From NCBI GenBank assembly GCA_964518425.1, contig CAZFGG010000004.1, positions 5,701 to 69,700 of the forward strand: a DNA stretch of 64,000 nt, in the 5' to 3' direction. This stretch comes from an uncultured Gammaproteobacteria bacterium (GTDB lineage Bacteria; Patescibacteriota; Patescibacteriia; SBBC01; CAIJZX01). The number at the start of each line of letters is the position of its first letter. Position 1 is the stretch's first letter. A model generated the notes under the pieces. That model saw only the letters and a program-made list of their open reading frames with translations, had not been told where the DNA came from and did no database searches. Positions 50,255 through 60,082 of this stretch are shown piece after piece. The position numbers and the translations under genes were made by a program.

Positions 50255-51259
50255 TCACCCCGTCTGGACAAGCTCGGCGTCAAACTCGGCACGAACCTCG
50301 GCCAGCGTGAGTGGCTCGCCCCAAAGGTTCCGCCGCGCCTCTTCGGGCAAGGACCAGAAAGCACCAAGCGTCTGATCGTCCCTGAAATGTTCGCGAAGCA
50401 CCCCGTCGGAGAAGATACGCCGCAGGCAGAAGCGAGCGACGGCCTGCACTTCGTGGGCGAGCTGCAGGATTCTGATGATCGCCTCTTGACGAACCGGCAT
50501 CGCAACCGATTCGAGGCGATCGTTCAAGTGCTCCACGGCGCTTCGAACGTTGAACAGCGCGCGTGCCCATTCGTGCTCCCTCGGACCCACAAATAATTCT
50601 GTGCGGCTTGCGAACTGCGCTTCCGTCTTACCTCGCTCCGGAAGGATGCAGCCTTCGATGGCACGCACAAACTCATGGATGCGCTCGGCAGGATCCTCGG
50701 CCTGCAGCCCGGCATAGAAGCACTTGACGGTCGCCCGCAGTCGACGAAAACCTTGAAGGTCTTGAACAGCTCCAAGCGCGTTGCCAAGCGTGGCCGCTTC
50801 TTCTAGCTCGGCCTGACGGATCGGATCCCAAAGCACACCTTGGTTCCGAAGGAGTACCGGGACCCAGCCGTGCTGCCGCACATCGACATCTGTTCCGTGT
50901 GCGCCAGTCAGCACAATGCCCCGGCCACCGGTTGCAATGCGTGGCGCCGCCAGCATGAGTCCGTAGTAGAGCATGAACGCCCGCGTTTGGAGCGCGGCGT
51001 TTTCTCCGTCCAGAAGATCCGGGGCGCTCGTCGGAGCTACTGCCCAGAGAAAAAGGCTCGCCTTGTGAAGCTCATCCCACCCGAGCGACCCAAGCCAGCC
51101 CTTCCAGTGGTCAGGCACACTCAGAGTGATGGCACGGGTCGCATGCAACCCATCGCCGAGCGCCAAGACCTCCGGCACCGACTCATCAACTCCAACCGCG
51201 AGCGCGATGAGCGCGTACTTATGTGCGGGTGGCGGTAGGTCAGGGGGTTTGTTGCTCAT
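50255..51259 (-). CDS. HEPN-domain (ApeA/MAE-like) protein
   Basis: FVRAIEG; RSAVEH (RxxxxH). Confidence 0.55.
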   Translation of the reverse strand: MSNKPPDLPPPAHKYALIALAVGVDESVPEVLALGDGLHATRAITLSVPDHWKGWLGSLGWDELHKASLFLWAVAPTSAPDLLDGENAALQTRAFMLYYGLMLAAPRIATGGRGIVLTGAHGTDVDVRQHGWVPVLLRNQGVLWDPIRQAELEEAATLGNALGAVQDLQGFRRLRATVKCFYAGLQAEDPAERIHEFVRAIEGCILPERGKTEAQFASRTELFVGPREHEWARALFNVRSAVEHLNDRLESVAMPVRQEAIIRILQLAHEVQAVARFCLRRIFSDGVLREHFRDDQTLGAFWSLPEEARRNLWGEPLTLAEVRAEFDAELVQTG

Positions 51260-52437
51260 GCTTCAGATCGGAGCAGGCCTGAATCCGTGTCCCACGCCGT
51301 CCCGAGGTCCTTGGTCACGCCGACCACGTAGCTGATTGCATGTTTTCGGCCGACTTCTCGCCGCGAGGTGTAGTGATCGACGACATGGGGCAGCGTTCTC
51401 AAGCCAGCCGCGAAGAGCGCCAAAGCTGATGGCAGATTGAGCAGCGTCACTGCCGCAAGAGACAACGTCGGCAGCTTCCAATCCAAGAGATCCTTGAGGA
51501 CACCGGCAAAGAGCCGATCACGCGCTGACCGGAGCTCGTTTCGATACGCCAACACTCGTGGCGCGATCTCAGTCGCCAAGATTCGCGGGACGGCGTCTGC
51601 CACTTGGTCCGGTCGCAGCTCATCGAGTCGAGCGGCCAGCGCGTTAAGTTCCACCAACCAGGCCTCGTAGGCGTCTTTGGTGGCGGCGCGGTAATCGAGG
51701 GTGTCCTTGACGCTCAACCGTTCGAGCGCGCCATCCGGAATCACGGCTCGCATGATCTCCAGCCCCAAGTACGGCGTGATCGATGAGGTTGTCTGAACGT
51801 AGCGTGGTGACCCAAGCCGAAGCGCGAGCAGTCGTCCAAAATATGCCTCGTCGCTAACCGGGATCGCCCCGATTCCCTCGGCGACCACCATCGCTGCCGT
51901 GACATGTACCGACGCCGTCATCAGCTCCCGTGCCAGAATGTCCCGCCGCGCCCTTTGCTCGCGCGCGTCAAACGCTGCGTCATGATCAGCCATGTCCCAC
52001 TGCGGCTCCAGTGGGCCGTCTCTGAGAGATCGATCTTCGGCCAATGCTCGGACGATGTCGCGGCCCTTGAGGGTCGTACCCCGAACAACAAAGTCGCCGT
52101 CGAGCGCGATAAATTTTCGCGCGAAGCGATCGTCGTTCAGCCCATCCAGGAATGTCGCGCGGAACTCTGGATTCGTCACGTCCGGCTCGAGATAGCGGTT
52201 CAAGAGCTCCCCAGGCGGGCCACCTGGGGCTGGGTGCACTGCGATGCGAACGGGGTCGCTCGCCCCGCTGACGACGCGACGAAAGAAGGAATCATGGCCG
52301 ACCATCCCCCAGTTACCGAACTTGACGGCCGGGTAGTCCATGAAATTGATCTCATCGGCGATCAGGTTCAGCCGTTTGAGCGTGGCGATGTCGCAGCCGC
52401 TCTCGCCGACATAGAGAAGCTTCATCTGCGGAGTCAT
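51256..52437 (-). CDS. Hypothetical protein with C-terminal hydrophobic segment
   Basis: 4-nt overlaps with both neighbours (translational coupling). Confidence 0.65.
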   Translation of the reverse strand: MTPQMKLLYVGESGCDIATLKRLNLIADEINFMDYPAVKFGNWGMVGHDSFFRRVVSGASDPVRIAVHPAPGGPPGELLNRYLEPDVTNPEFRATFLDGLNDDRFARKFIALDGDFVVRGTTLKGRDIVRALAEDRSLRDGPLEPQWDMADHDAAFDAREQRARRDILARELMTASVHVTAAMVVAEGIGAIPVSDEAYFGRLLALRLGSPRYVQTTSSITPYLGLEIMRAVIPDGALERLSVKDTLDYRAATKDAYEAWLVELNALAARLDELRPDQVADAVPRILATEIAPRVLAYRNELRSARDRLFAGVLKDLLDWKLPTLSLAAVTLLNLPSALALFAAGLRTLPHVVDHYTSRREVGRKHAISYVVGVTKDLGTAWDTDSGLLRSEA

Positions 52438-53690
52438 ACGCGGTCCGGTTGATTGGGCGCAGGCACTTCAAACACGAGAACGGTCAGTAACACCTCACGG
52501 GCGGGATCGTCACGATGGTGGAGGGAGTAACGAAAACTGGTCTCCGCGAGCTTGGCGTGTTCGCGAACGAACTCGGGCCGAGCTCGAACGACCTCGGGGA
52601 CCTTTTCGAGGACTGTAGAAAGTTTTCGTCCTCGGTTGAAAAGCAGGATGGCGGTTTTTGTGTCGCGCCACGTCGTGTACCCCATGAGTTGGGTGATGGC
52701 AGCATCAAACGCCTTCGGCCCTTCCCAGAACTTGCACTCGCCGATGAAAATATTTCTTCCGCGGATGCGGATAAGAATGTCCGTCTTGCCTTCGAAGTTG
52801 AAGGTTTCGCCTGTCGCCTGACCCTCGAATTGGCCGTTGAGCTGAACCAGAAAGTGCTGCCGGATGGCTTCCTCATCCATGGTCCGAAAGGCTTCCGGAC
52901 TTTGCTCCATGACAGCCACCATGTTGCTCATGATCCGAAGGATTTGCTCGTAGGTCTCCATGTCGAGCATCGGCTCGAGCTGCCCCGCAGCCGTGAGATT
53001 CGGAGTGGGCGGCATCGGCAACTTGCGCTTCACCTCCGGCACGGCGAACGTTTGAGGTGCTCCCTCACGCCGGCGAACCGGGAATCCGAGGCCTGCCACC
53101 ACGTCCTGGCTTTTGATCAGCCGCTCGCGACGGGCGTCAATCCGCGCTTGGGCTTTCCCAGGGAGGCTCTCGTTGAACGGCGCCACGTCGGTCGCGATCG
53201 TCGCGACATATCCCTTGATGTTCGCGAGGTCGCGATCGAATTCACCCTTGACTGCCGCTGGATCGTGGTCGGTTCGCAGGTAGGTGAAGTGGAGCTCGCT
53301 GCCCTGAACCGCAGCCCGTGGTGGGTTGTAGGTGTAGCTCGAAGGCCGGCACGTGAGGAGCGGCGCATCGCCTGAGAACGGTAGGTAGTAGGTGATTTGC
53401 GTTGCATTGGCGTAGACCGGGCCTTCGCGGTCTCTGTAGAACGCGAAATTGTTCGGATCGCGGCTGACGTCCTTCCGGCTTTCGGTCTGGTCGACCTGGA
53501 TCCTGTCCTCGTGGAGGACAATCGGGTTGATTCGGTACTTTTCGGCGAAGTAGGCGGCCAACTTGTCGGGCGGCGTACCGAGGAGTTGCTTGGCGTCCAT
53601 CGCGTCGACCTCCTGGTTCATGGAGGCCTCCTGCGCCCGCATCGCGCCACCAAGGTCGTTCTTGCTGAAGAGGAAATCTTCGCGAGGCAT
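52434..53690 (-). CDS. Protein with C-terminal PD-(D/E)xK nuclease-like domain
   Basis: GETFN.EGKTDILI...IFIGECKFW; likely start ATG 53690. Confidence 0.7.
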   Translation of the reverse strand: MPREDFLFSKNDLGGAMRAQEASMNQEVDAMDAKQLLGTPPDKLAAYFAEKYRINPIVLHEDRIQVDQTESRKDVSRDPNNFAFYRDREGPVYANATQITYYLPFSGDAPLLTCRPSSYTYNPPRAAVQGSELHFTYLRTDHDPAAVKGEFDRDLANIKGYVATIATDVAPFNESLPGKAQARIDARRERLIKSQDVVAGLGFPVRRREGAPQTFAVPEVKRKLPMPPTPNLTAAGQLEPMLDMETYEQILRIMSNMVAVMEQSPEAFRTMDEEAIRQHFLVQLNGQFEGQATGETFNFEGKTDILIRIRGRNIFIGECKFWEGPKAFDAAITQLMGYTTWRDTKTAILLFNRGRKLSTVLEKVPEVVRARPEFVREHAKLAETSFRYSLHHRDDPAREVLLTVLVFEVPAPNQPDRV

Positions 53691-53742
53691 GCCGTCCTGA
53701 ATAATTTCGTAAGAGGTTGAGCAGTCGATCCTGAGATTCAAA

Positions 53743-55734
53743 CTATGCCGATGTGGTTGACCCGTCAAGAGTTACACCAACGGTCAGGGTTGTGTCCGTC
53801 GGGCCGAGGACGCCTTCAAGCTTGAGCAGCGTGAGTCGGGACGGCGTGTAGGTTCCTAGCTCCGTGTTTCGGATGGTCCTGACGTGGATCCTTGCCCGGC
53901 TTGCCAGGTCATCCTGAGTTAGCCCGAGGCGGAGCCTAGCCGCTCGGATCCGTCCGGGCAGCCCGTCTCGCTCAGGGACGAGTCCTGAGCCAAGGACCGA
54001 TTCGATTGCTGGCCAGCGGCGAGACAGGGGCACGTTGAGGCCACGTTCCCAGCCGGCCACGGTCTGATACCAGCACCCGAGTTTCTTGGCGAGGGTTTGT
54101 TGCGTCAGGCCGACATCCATCCGCCGCTGGCGAATCCGGTCGCCCAAGGTGACGGGGCAGTGCGGATAACCCCTTGGGAACACACGCGGTCTGGCAGCGG
54201 TCAGTCTGAGAGCGGTAAAAGGCAACGCAACAGTGAAGTTGTGTTGCCTTTTACCTACGTCTTCGGCGGAGCAGGGAAAGGGGCTAAGGTCAATCTCGAC
54301 AACCTCCTTTCCCACCTGGATCTTCTCGACGATGGCTTCGATGATGGCCTGCTTTTCCTCGGCGGTGAGGGTCGGCCAGCGGGCATAGAGGTCGCGGGTT
54401 TCGGAGAGGATCTCATCCCGGCCGAGGAACTGAACCTTCAGGAAGTCCAGCTCCCCCTGAAGCCTGGGCAGCTCCTCTTCCAAGCCCTTCAGCCGCTCTT
54501 CGAGCGGGCGATAGGTCCGGCCGAATCCTTCGGGTGAAATCTGGTCGGTCACGTAGAGCCGATAGATCTTCTCCATCTCCTGCCGGACTTTGGTCAGGTC
54601 CCCATCCAGGCTGACGAGCCGCTCCTCCTTGGCTTTGATCTCCTCGTCAGCTTGCCCGAGGTGCCGAGCCACATCGTCGGGTGAAAGGAAGAAGTCCCGC
54701 AGCTGTTCATGGAAGACGGCTTCAAGATCGCCGACCGCGATCTTGTTCCGGCACCTTCGGCAGATGTATTTCCCGGCTTGGTAGCTGGCGTCGACGTACA
54801 TCTTGCCGCCACAGTGACAGTGGGCCACGCCAGCAAAGAGGTGGAGCGGCTTGCGCGCCGGTCGCTTCAGACGCTCTCGCTGCTGGTCGAGGATCGCCAG
54901 GCACGCCGCCCACGTCTCGGCCGGGATGATCGGTTCGACGGATGAGAGCACCCACTCATCCTGCGGCTTGAGCTTCCAGGCCTTCTTCTCTCCGAGCGAC
55001 TTCGTGTAGTTGGCCCGACGCGTGCCCTTGGCAATGGGATCACGCAGCAGCCGATCGATCGAGGTGTCAGAAAACTTTCCGCCACCCCGCGTGCGGTAGC
55101 CCTTCTCATTGAGTAGCCGGGCCACCGCTTTCTTGCGGCGGTGCTCGAGGAACAGCTCGTAGATGAGCTTGCGGATCGGCGCTTCCTGCGGGTCCGGCCG
55201 GAGCTGGCGGTCTTTCCACTGATAACCGAAGGGTGCAGCACCGCCGGTTGACTTGCCGAGCTTGGCGCGGATCGACACCGACGCGGCCACGCGCTCGCCG
55301 ATTTCCTCCCGCTCCCACTGCGCCATGGCCGCAATCATCGTGTAGAAGAGCCGGCCAGCCGGCGTCGAGGTGTCGATGGCCTCTTGGAGCGAGATGAGAT
55401 CGGCCCCGTCTCGCCGAAAAATATCCGCAAAGTCCAGCAGCTCTTTGGTGTTTCGCGCCAGCCGAGCCAGCTTTGAAAAAATCAGGCCTGTGATGTGGCC
55501 GCTGGCGATGTCCTGGAGCATCCGTTTCGCTTCTGGATGCCCCATCACGGATTTCCCGCTCACCGCTTCGAGGTGATAGACCTCGCGGATCTTCCAGCCC
55601 TTTGACTCGGCGTAGGCGCGGGCACGCCGTTCGTGATGCTCCGGGCTTTCGCCCCTGGCTTGGTCTTCGGTCGAGACGCGGATCCAGATCCCGACAGGCT
55701 TCGCCTGCTCGTGTGCCCCAGTCTTGGTGCCCAT
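53743..55734 (-). CDS. Large serine recombinase (resolvase, recombinase, Zn-ribbon, coiled coil) fused to tandem XRE-HTH domains
   Basis: WIRVSTEDQ (catalytic Ser), SKLARLARN, APFGY, CHCGGKM..YICRRC; then LGDRIRQRR..GLTQ..LA and RIRAAR..LGLTQDDLA. Confidence 0.9.
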   Translation of the reverse strand: MGTKTGAHEQAKPVGIWIRVSTEDQARGESPEHHERRARAYAESKGWKIREVYHLEAVSGKSVMGHPEAKRMLQDIASGHITGLIFSKLARLARNTKELLDFADIFRRDGADLISLQEAIDTSTPAGRLFYTMIAAMAQWEREEIGERVAASVSIRAKLGKSTGGAAPFGYQWKDRQLRPDPQEAPIRKLIYELFLEHRRKKAVARLLNEKGYRTRGGGKFSDTSIDRLLRDPIAKGTRRANYTKSLGEKKAWKLKPQDEWVLSSVEPIIPAETWAACLAILDQQRERLKRPARKPLHLFAGVAHCHCGGKMYVDASYQAGKYICRRCRNKIAVGDLEAVFHEQLRDFFLSPDDVARHLGQADEEIKAKEERLVSLDGDLTKVRQEMEKIYRLYVTDQISPEGFGRTYRPLEERLKGLEEELPRLQGELDFLKVQFLGRDEILSETRDLYARWPTLTAEEKQAIIEAIVEKIQVGKEVVEIDLSPFPCSAEDVGKRQHNFTVALPFTALRLTAARPRVFPRGYPHCPVTLGDRIRQRRMDVGLTQQTLAKKLGCWYQTVAGWERGLNVPLSRRWPAIESVLGSGLVPERDGLPGRIRAARLRLGLTQDDLASRARIHVRTIRNTELGTYTPSRLTLLKLEGVLGPTDTTLTVGVTLDGSTTSA
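54214..54255. repeat. 42-bp imperfect palindrome (att-like site) inside the recombinase gene
   Basis: GGTAAAAGGCAACGCAAC-agtgaa-GTTGTGTTGCCTTTTACC; arms match 17/18. Confidence 0.8.
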
Positions 55735-55740
55735 GGTTCC

Positions 55741-57003
55741 TTACACGCGGGGGCGTGCTTGTTTGCGCACTAGCTTCCGACCGTGAATCCGGTCGCGGCG
55801 GAACTTGAGTGCAGTCTGACGCACGGCGATCTCTGACTTCAACTTCGCTGCATCACGAGCCATTGAGAGAAATTGTCCGAGTTCTTCAAGATTTTCGAAC
55901 TTCCCGGAGAGCTGCATGGAAAACGTTAGGAGTTCGGCCACAAACCGATGGAGCTGCAAGGCAGCCTTGCGGGCATCGACACCACCCGTCCCGGAGTGCG
56001 CGGTGCCATTTCTCCGGTCACGAAGCATTTCCAAGACGTACCAGATCAGGGGTTCGTCCTCGTAAAGAAACCGGACTCGCTGGATCGTGGCGTCATAGCG
56101 ATCGCCGCCAGTAGCGGTCAGTGTTTCCAGCAGCGACCACAGCTGCAGAACCGTGACTTCGTGATCGACGCCATCCAAAGCCCGACAGTATCGGACCATG
56201 ATCCTTCGCAACTCTCGTCCGAGCGTTGTTTCCTTGATGGCGGCCCGGATGGCCGCGACCTGCTCAGCCATCCCCTGCCACTTTCCACTTAGATCGACAG
56301 AGAAGGAGTCCTTCACTGGGAAGAGCTCGTACCACCACACCTCTCCCGCTGGCTTTCCGTTCGGGAGATGCAGCGTGTGAATCGGGCCGATCCGGACTTG
56401 ATTGATCGGGACATTTTCGCGAGGGCCGAACTGACTCCACACCCGCCGGTTGAGAACGAAGTTCCAGATCCCTCGGACAAAATCTAGTCGCTCCAAACCG
56501 GCATCGAGCGCTTCGTTAATTGTCCGCGCGCGACCACTTACTCTGACGTGCGCCAGTCGAAGATGCTGCTCGCCGTACTCAGCCCACACATGCTCTGGCA
56601 CGTAGCTTCGATCGAAGCCCTTGGGCGGACCATCAGAAAAGGTCATGGTCCAACCGTCGAAGACCTGGCGAGTGAGTTTCGGGAAGTACCGGCACGATAG
56701 CGATGCCACGAGCACGAATGGCAGCTGTGGCTGAGCAAGGAAGCGGCGTGATCGACGGTCAAGCTCAGCCAGCAGGCGTGCTTTCGTAATGGCACCGGAC
56801 CCGGCGACCGTGGAAATAGCTTCCTGACAGAGGCCGAGCCGATCACGTTCCGACGTGGCCTCATCAAGCGGAGCGTGCACACTGAGTGAAGCGACGAGTT
56901 CATCGAACCAGGTTGAGTCAAACCCACCTGACGGCTTCTTGGCTCGCTCGAGTTCCTTGGCCACAATCTCCACGTCAACGATGCTCTTCAAATCGCGAGG
57001 CAT
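55741..57003 (-). CDS. ApeA-like HEPN-domain protein
   Basis: LQLWSLLETL; RRNGTAH (RxxxxH). Confidence 0.6.
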   Translation of the reverse strand: MPRDLKSIVDVEIVAKELERAKKPSGGFDSTWFDELVASLSVHAPLDEATSERDRLGLCQEAISTVAGSGAITKARLLAELDRRSRRFLAQPQLPFVLVASLSCRYFPKLTRQVFDGWTMTFSDGPPKGFDRSYVPEHVWAEYGEQHLRLAHVRVSGRARTINEALDAGLERLDFVRGIWNFVLNRRVWSQFGPRENVPINQVRIGPIHTLHLPNGKPAGEVWWYELFPVKDSFSVDLSGKWQGMAEQVAAIRAAIKETTLGRELRRIMVRYCRALDGVDHEVTVLQLWSLLETLTATGGDRYDATIQRVRFLYEDEPLIWYVLEMLRDRRNGTAHSGTGGVDARKAALQLHRFVAELLTFSMQLSGKFENLEELGQFLSMARDAAKLKSEIAVRQTALKFRRDRIHGRKLVRKQARPRV

Positions 57004-57013
57004 GCTACTTGGG

Positions 57014-60000
57014 TCATCCCTTCTTCTTTAGGCGGCGAAGGGCCTTAGCAATCACGGCCGACACCGCTCCATGCTTGGCTTCCTGTTCCTCGGCTTGCCC
57101 GGGACGGCGACGGACGCGGACGCGGTAACCGCGCACCGTCGACTCCTCGGCTGGTTGGAGCGAGTGCAGTCCACCGAGAAGATCAAGGACTTCCTCCGGG
57201 CTGACGAGGTGCACGCGCTCAAACTGTTCCGGGGTGAGCGCAGCCTTGGCCAGGGTGCGGATATGCCCGAGGCGACGCTTTTCCCCAGAAACTATCACCA
57301 CGAAGGAGAATCCTGCGGCCACACACTTCTGAAGATTTTGCGCCTCGTGCTCAGCCGGGGAGCTGACGACAATTTCGCAGGCGACCGACGTTCCATTCTT
57401 TCGAAGCGCAACATCCACACTCCCCAACCCATCGAGTACCGCTTCCTCGATCGTTGCGCCCCAGCCGTTCGCGAGTGCCCAGCGTCGAATGAGGTCTTGG
57501 AGGTACTTGTGCTGCGCACCGCCTCGTCCGGCCGTGGACGGAAGTGTCGCCGAATCGACGACCGAAGTGGTTGCCGCCACCGGTGGCAACGGTGAGCTGA
57601 CCGGAACGGGCCTCGCGTGTCGCGGTGAGGACGCTGGTGTCGGTTCCTCGACAGCTGCCGCCGGTGCATCTGCCTCCCGCCCGGACCGGATGATCGCTTC
57701 AATCTCGGCTCTGGGCCGGGCGTACTGCTCCCGTGATGCGGCAACAACCTTCGCCCGATTAGTTTCGGCGACTGCCTCGTCGAGAGCCGACAAGAGCGGA
57801 GTGCGAAGGTTGAAATCCCAATCGGCTCGTTCCACCCGGGCAATAGCTTCACCGGTGCCGAGATTCTGGAGGTCGTCAGCGTTGAAGCTGGAGAAGCCCT
57901 TCGCCAGAAGCCGAGCATCCTCGTCACCGACTCTGAAGGAGACACGCGTGGCTGGATTGGCGAGGACGGAGGCCAGCACGTCGCCACTGCGACTCTGGAG
58001 CTGTCGCAAGTCCTGGTGAGCAAGCACCAGTGCCAAGCCATACTTTCGAGCGCCGGAGAGAATCTGCGCCATCGAGGGGGTAACGAAGTGGTGGAATTCG
58101 TCGATGTAAAGGTAGAAGGGCCGGCGCTTCCCTTCGGCTACGTCTTGTCGGCTCATCGCCACCTGATGGAGCTTGGAGACGAGCAACGTCCCAAGCAGAT
58201 GTGCGTTTTCCTCGCCAATCGCCCCGTGCGAGAGCCGACAAAGAAGGATCTTTCCCTCGTCCATGACTCGCCGCAGGTCAAGCCGGCTATCTTGCTGGGC
58301 CACCATGTACCGGATCGGCTTTGGGCGAAGGAAGGAGTCGAGGCGCGTCAGAATCGGGGCCTGCGGTCGGCCACGCAGCAGCGGAAATTCTCGCTCCCAA
58401 AAATAAATGACGTCCGGGTCGCGAACGGTCTTGAGGAATTCCTTCCGGAATCGATCTTCGACCAGGAACCGCCGCAGGTCCACCAGCGTGCCGCCCTGCT
58501 CGCTTTCAACGAAGGCCAGCACGGCGTTCCCGAGCACGGACGTCATCTGGTCGCCCCAGCTCATGGACATGCGCTGGAACACCATCACGAGGTCTGATGA
58601 CAGGAGCGTTTTCTCGAGATCCGAGGCGGCCGAGAGGATGTTGAAGCCGATCGGGAACTCGGCATCTGCCGGGTCGAGCAAGATGACGTCTTGAAGACGG
58701 CCCTCAGGAACAAGGCCCAGAACGCGATCAATCAGATCGCCGTGAGGATCGAAGACGGCGAGGCCTTCGCCGTTCTCAAGGTCTTGTCGGATGAGATTCA
58801 GCAAGAGCGTAGACTTCCCAGTGCCGGATGCTCCGATGACGTACATGTGTCGCGATCGGTGATCGGCGGAGAGCCTGACCTCGTCCACCTGATCATCGTG
58901 GACGTTCTGTCCAAGGCAAACACCTTGGCTCAGGACGGACGGGGGTGCGGCCTTTGTCTTGTGTCCATGCCGCAGCAACCGCGGGTCGCGAACGCCACTG
59001 GTCGGCAGGTGCACGAGCGAGGCGAGCTCCTCGACACTCAGGAGCATGCCGCTGCGATGTGAGCGCCGGCCGAGGAGATCATCCTCGTGCTGCTGGGACG
59101 AGTAGTCACCGTCTGGCTGCAGCGGGATGAGTTCATTTGCGAGTGGATCGCTCAGGGCTCCCATGGCACCGGCCACCTGGCGTGCCACCGCTATCGCCCG
59201 CCCACGCGTTGGGCTCTTGATCCCGACCCGAATGACGCTGGCGAACAGCGGGCGCGCCACCTTCGCCTTGGCGAGGGCGGAGATCTCCGGCGCATCGATA
59301 AAAAACGGAGACCCCTGTTCGTCCAGAACCGCGCGCAATATTTCGCGTGCCCAAGGCTGGCGCGCTCGGCAGGCTAGTACCTGGAAGAGCCCTGCCTCAC
59401 CAGCCCGCAGATTGGAGAGTGCACCCACCACCCCAGCCAGCGGATCGACGTCAAATTTTCTTACCGCACGGAGGGGTACCATGAACTCGTGGGCCAAGCC
59501 GAAGTCCACTACGACGGCTTCACCGCCGAGCGCGTCCCACCTCGGGGCCACGGCTTCACGTCCCCGAGAAACGAGGATTTCGGGAAAGTAGGCCTTCAGG
59601 CATTGCGACAGAACCGGCTCGTCTTCGGCTGAACACGTGAACAACAGCCGGGTCGATTCTTCGGCTCCGAACAGCTCAAAGGCAATCGGGCCAATGGCGG
59701 TAGGAAGAGCGAGAAGGAACTGCTCGGCGGCCTCGCGAGAAACATCGAGATCCGGCGGCACAGCAACAAGCAGCTGTGCGATCTCTTCGTGCCCGCGCCA
59801 CCGACCAGGTGTCGGCTCGTCGAAACTGCTGTCTTCACTCGCCTCGGTCGGCCTGCCTCCAGATGTGCCGACGAGCCGATCCGTCAGACGACTTAAGAGT
59901 GTCGGGCGGCGACCATCATCGAGTCTGTCCGGTGACGTCGCGATCTGCGGAAAATAAAATGGCCTGAACGGCGGCTCAAGTTCGACCGGCTCTGGCCATA

Positions 60001-60067
60001 GCTGCCAACCGCGGCCTCGTCTTTCCCAGGCGTAGAAGTGATCAGTCAGCGACTCGATCGAAGACAC
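57014..60067 (-). CDS. TraD/VirD4/HerA-like ATPase with C-terminal nuclease-like domain
   Basis: RHMYVIGASGTGKS (Walker A), FDPHGD, LYIDEFH (Walker B), RKYGL...AHQ..Q; tail VDVALR....VACEI. Confidence 0.85.
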   Translation of the reverse strand: MSSIESLTDHFYAWERRGRGWQLWPEPVELEPPFRPFYFPQIATSPDRLDDGRRPTLLSRLTDRLVGTSGGRPTEASEDSSFDEPTPGRWRGHEEIAQLLVAVPPDLDVSREAAEQFLLALPTAIGPIAFELFGAEESTRLLFTCSAEDEPVLSQCLKAYFPEILVSRGREAVAPRWDALGGEAVVVDFGLAHEFMVPLRAVRKFDVDPLAGVVGALSNLRAGEAGLFQVLACRARQPWAREILRAVLDEQGSPFFIDAPEISALAKAKVARPLFASVIRVGIKSPTRGRAIAVARQVAGAMGALSDPLANELIPLQPDGDYSSQQHEDDLLGRRSHRSGMLLSVEELASLVHLPTSGVRDPRLLRHGHKTKAAPPSVLSQGVCLGQNVHDDQVDEVRLSADHRSRHMYVIGASGTGKSTLLLNLIRQDLENGEGLAVFDPHGDLIDRVLGLVPEGRLQDVILLDPADAEFPIGFNILSAASDLEKTLLSSDLVMVFQRMSMSWGDQMTSVLGNAVLAFVESEQGGTLVDLRRFLVEDRFRKEFLKTVRDPDVIYFWEREFPLLRGRPQAPILTRLDSFLRPKPIRYMVAQQDSRLDLRRVMDEGKILLCRLSHGAIGEENAHLLGTLLVSKLHQVAMSRQDVAEGKRRPFYLYIDEFHHFVTPSMAQILSGARKYGLALVLAHQDLRQLQSRSGDVLASVLANPATRVSFRVGDEDARLLAKGFSSFNADDLQNLGTGEAIARVERADWDFNLRTPLLSALDEAVAETNRAKVVAASREQYARPRAEIEAIIRSGREADAPAAAVEEPTPASSPRHARPVPVSSPLPPVAATTSVVDSATLPSTAGRGGAQHKYLQDLIRRWALANGWGATIEEAVLDGLGSVDVALRKNGTSVACEIVVSSPAEHEAQNLQKCVAAGFSFVVIVSGEKRRLGHIRTLAKAALTPEQFERVHLVSPEEVLDLLGGLHSLQPAEESTVRGYRVRVRRRPGQAEEQEAKHGAVSAVIAKALRRLKKKG

Positions 60068-60082
60068 GGGCGTCCCTTGCTT

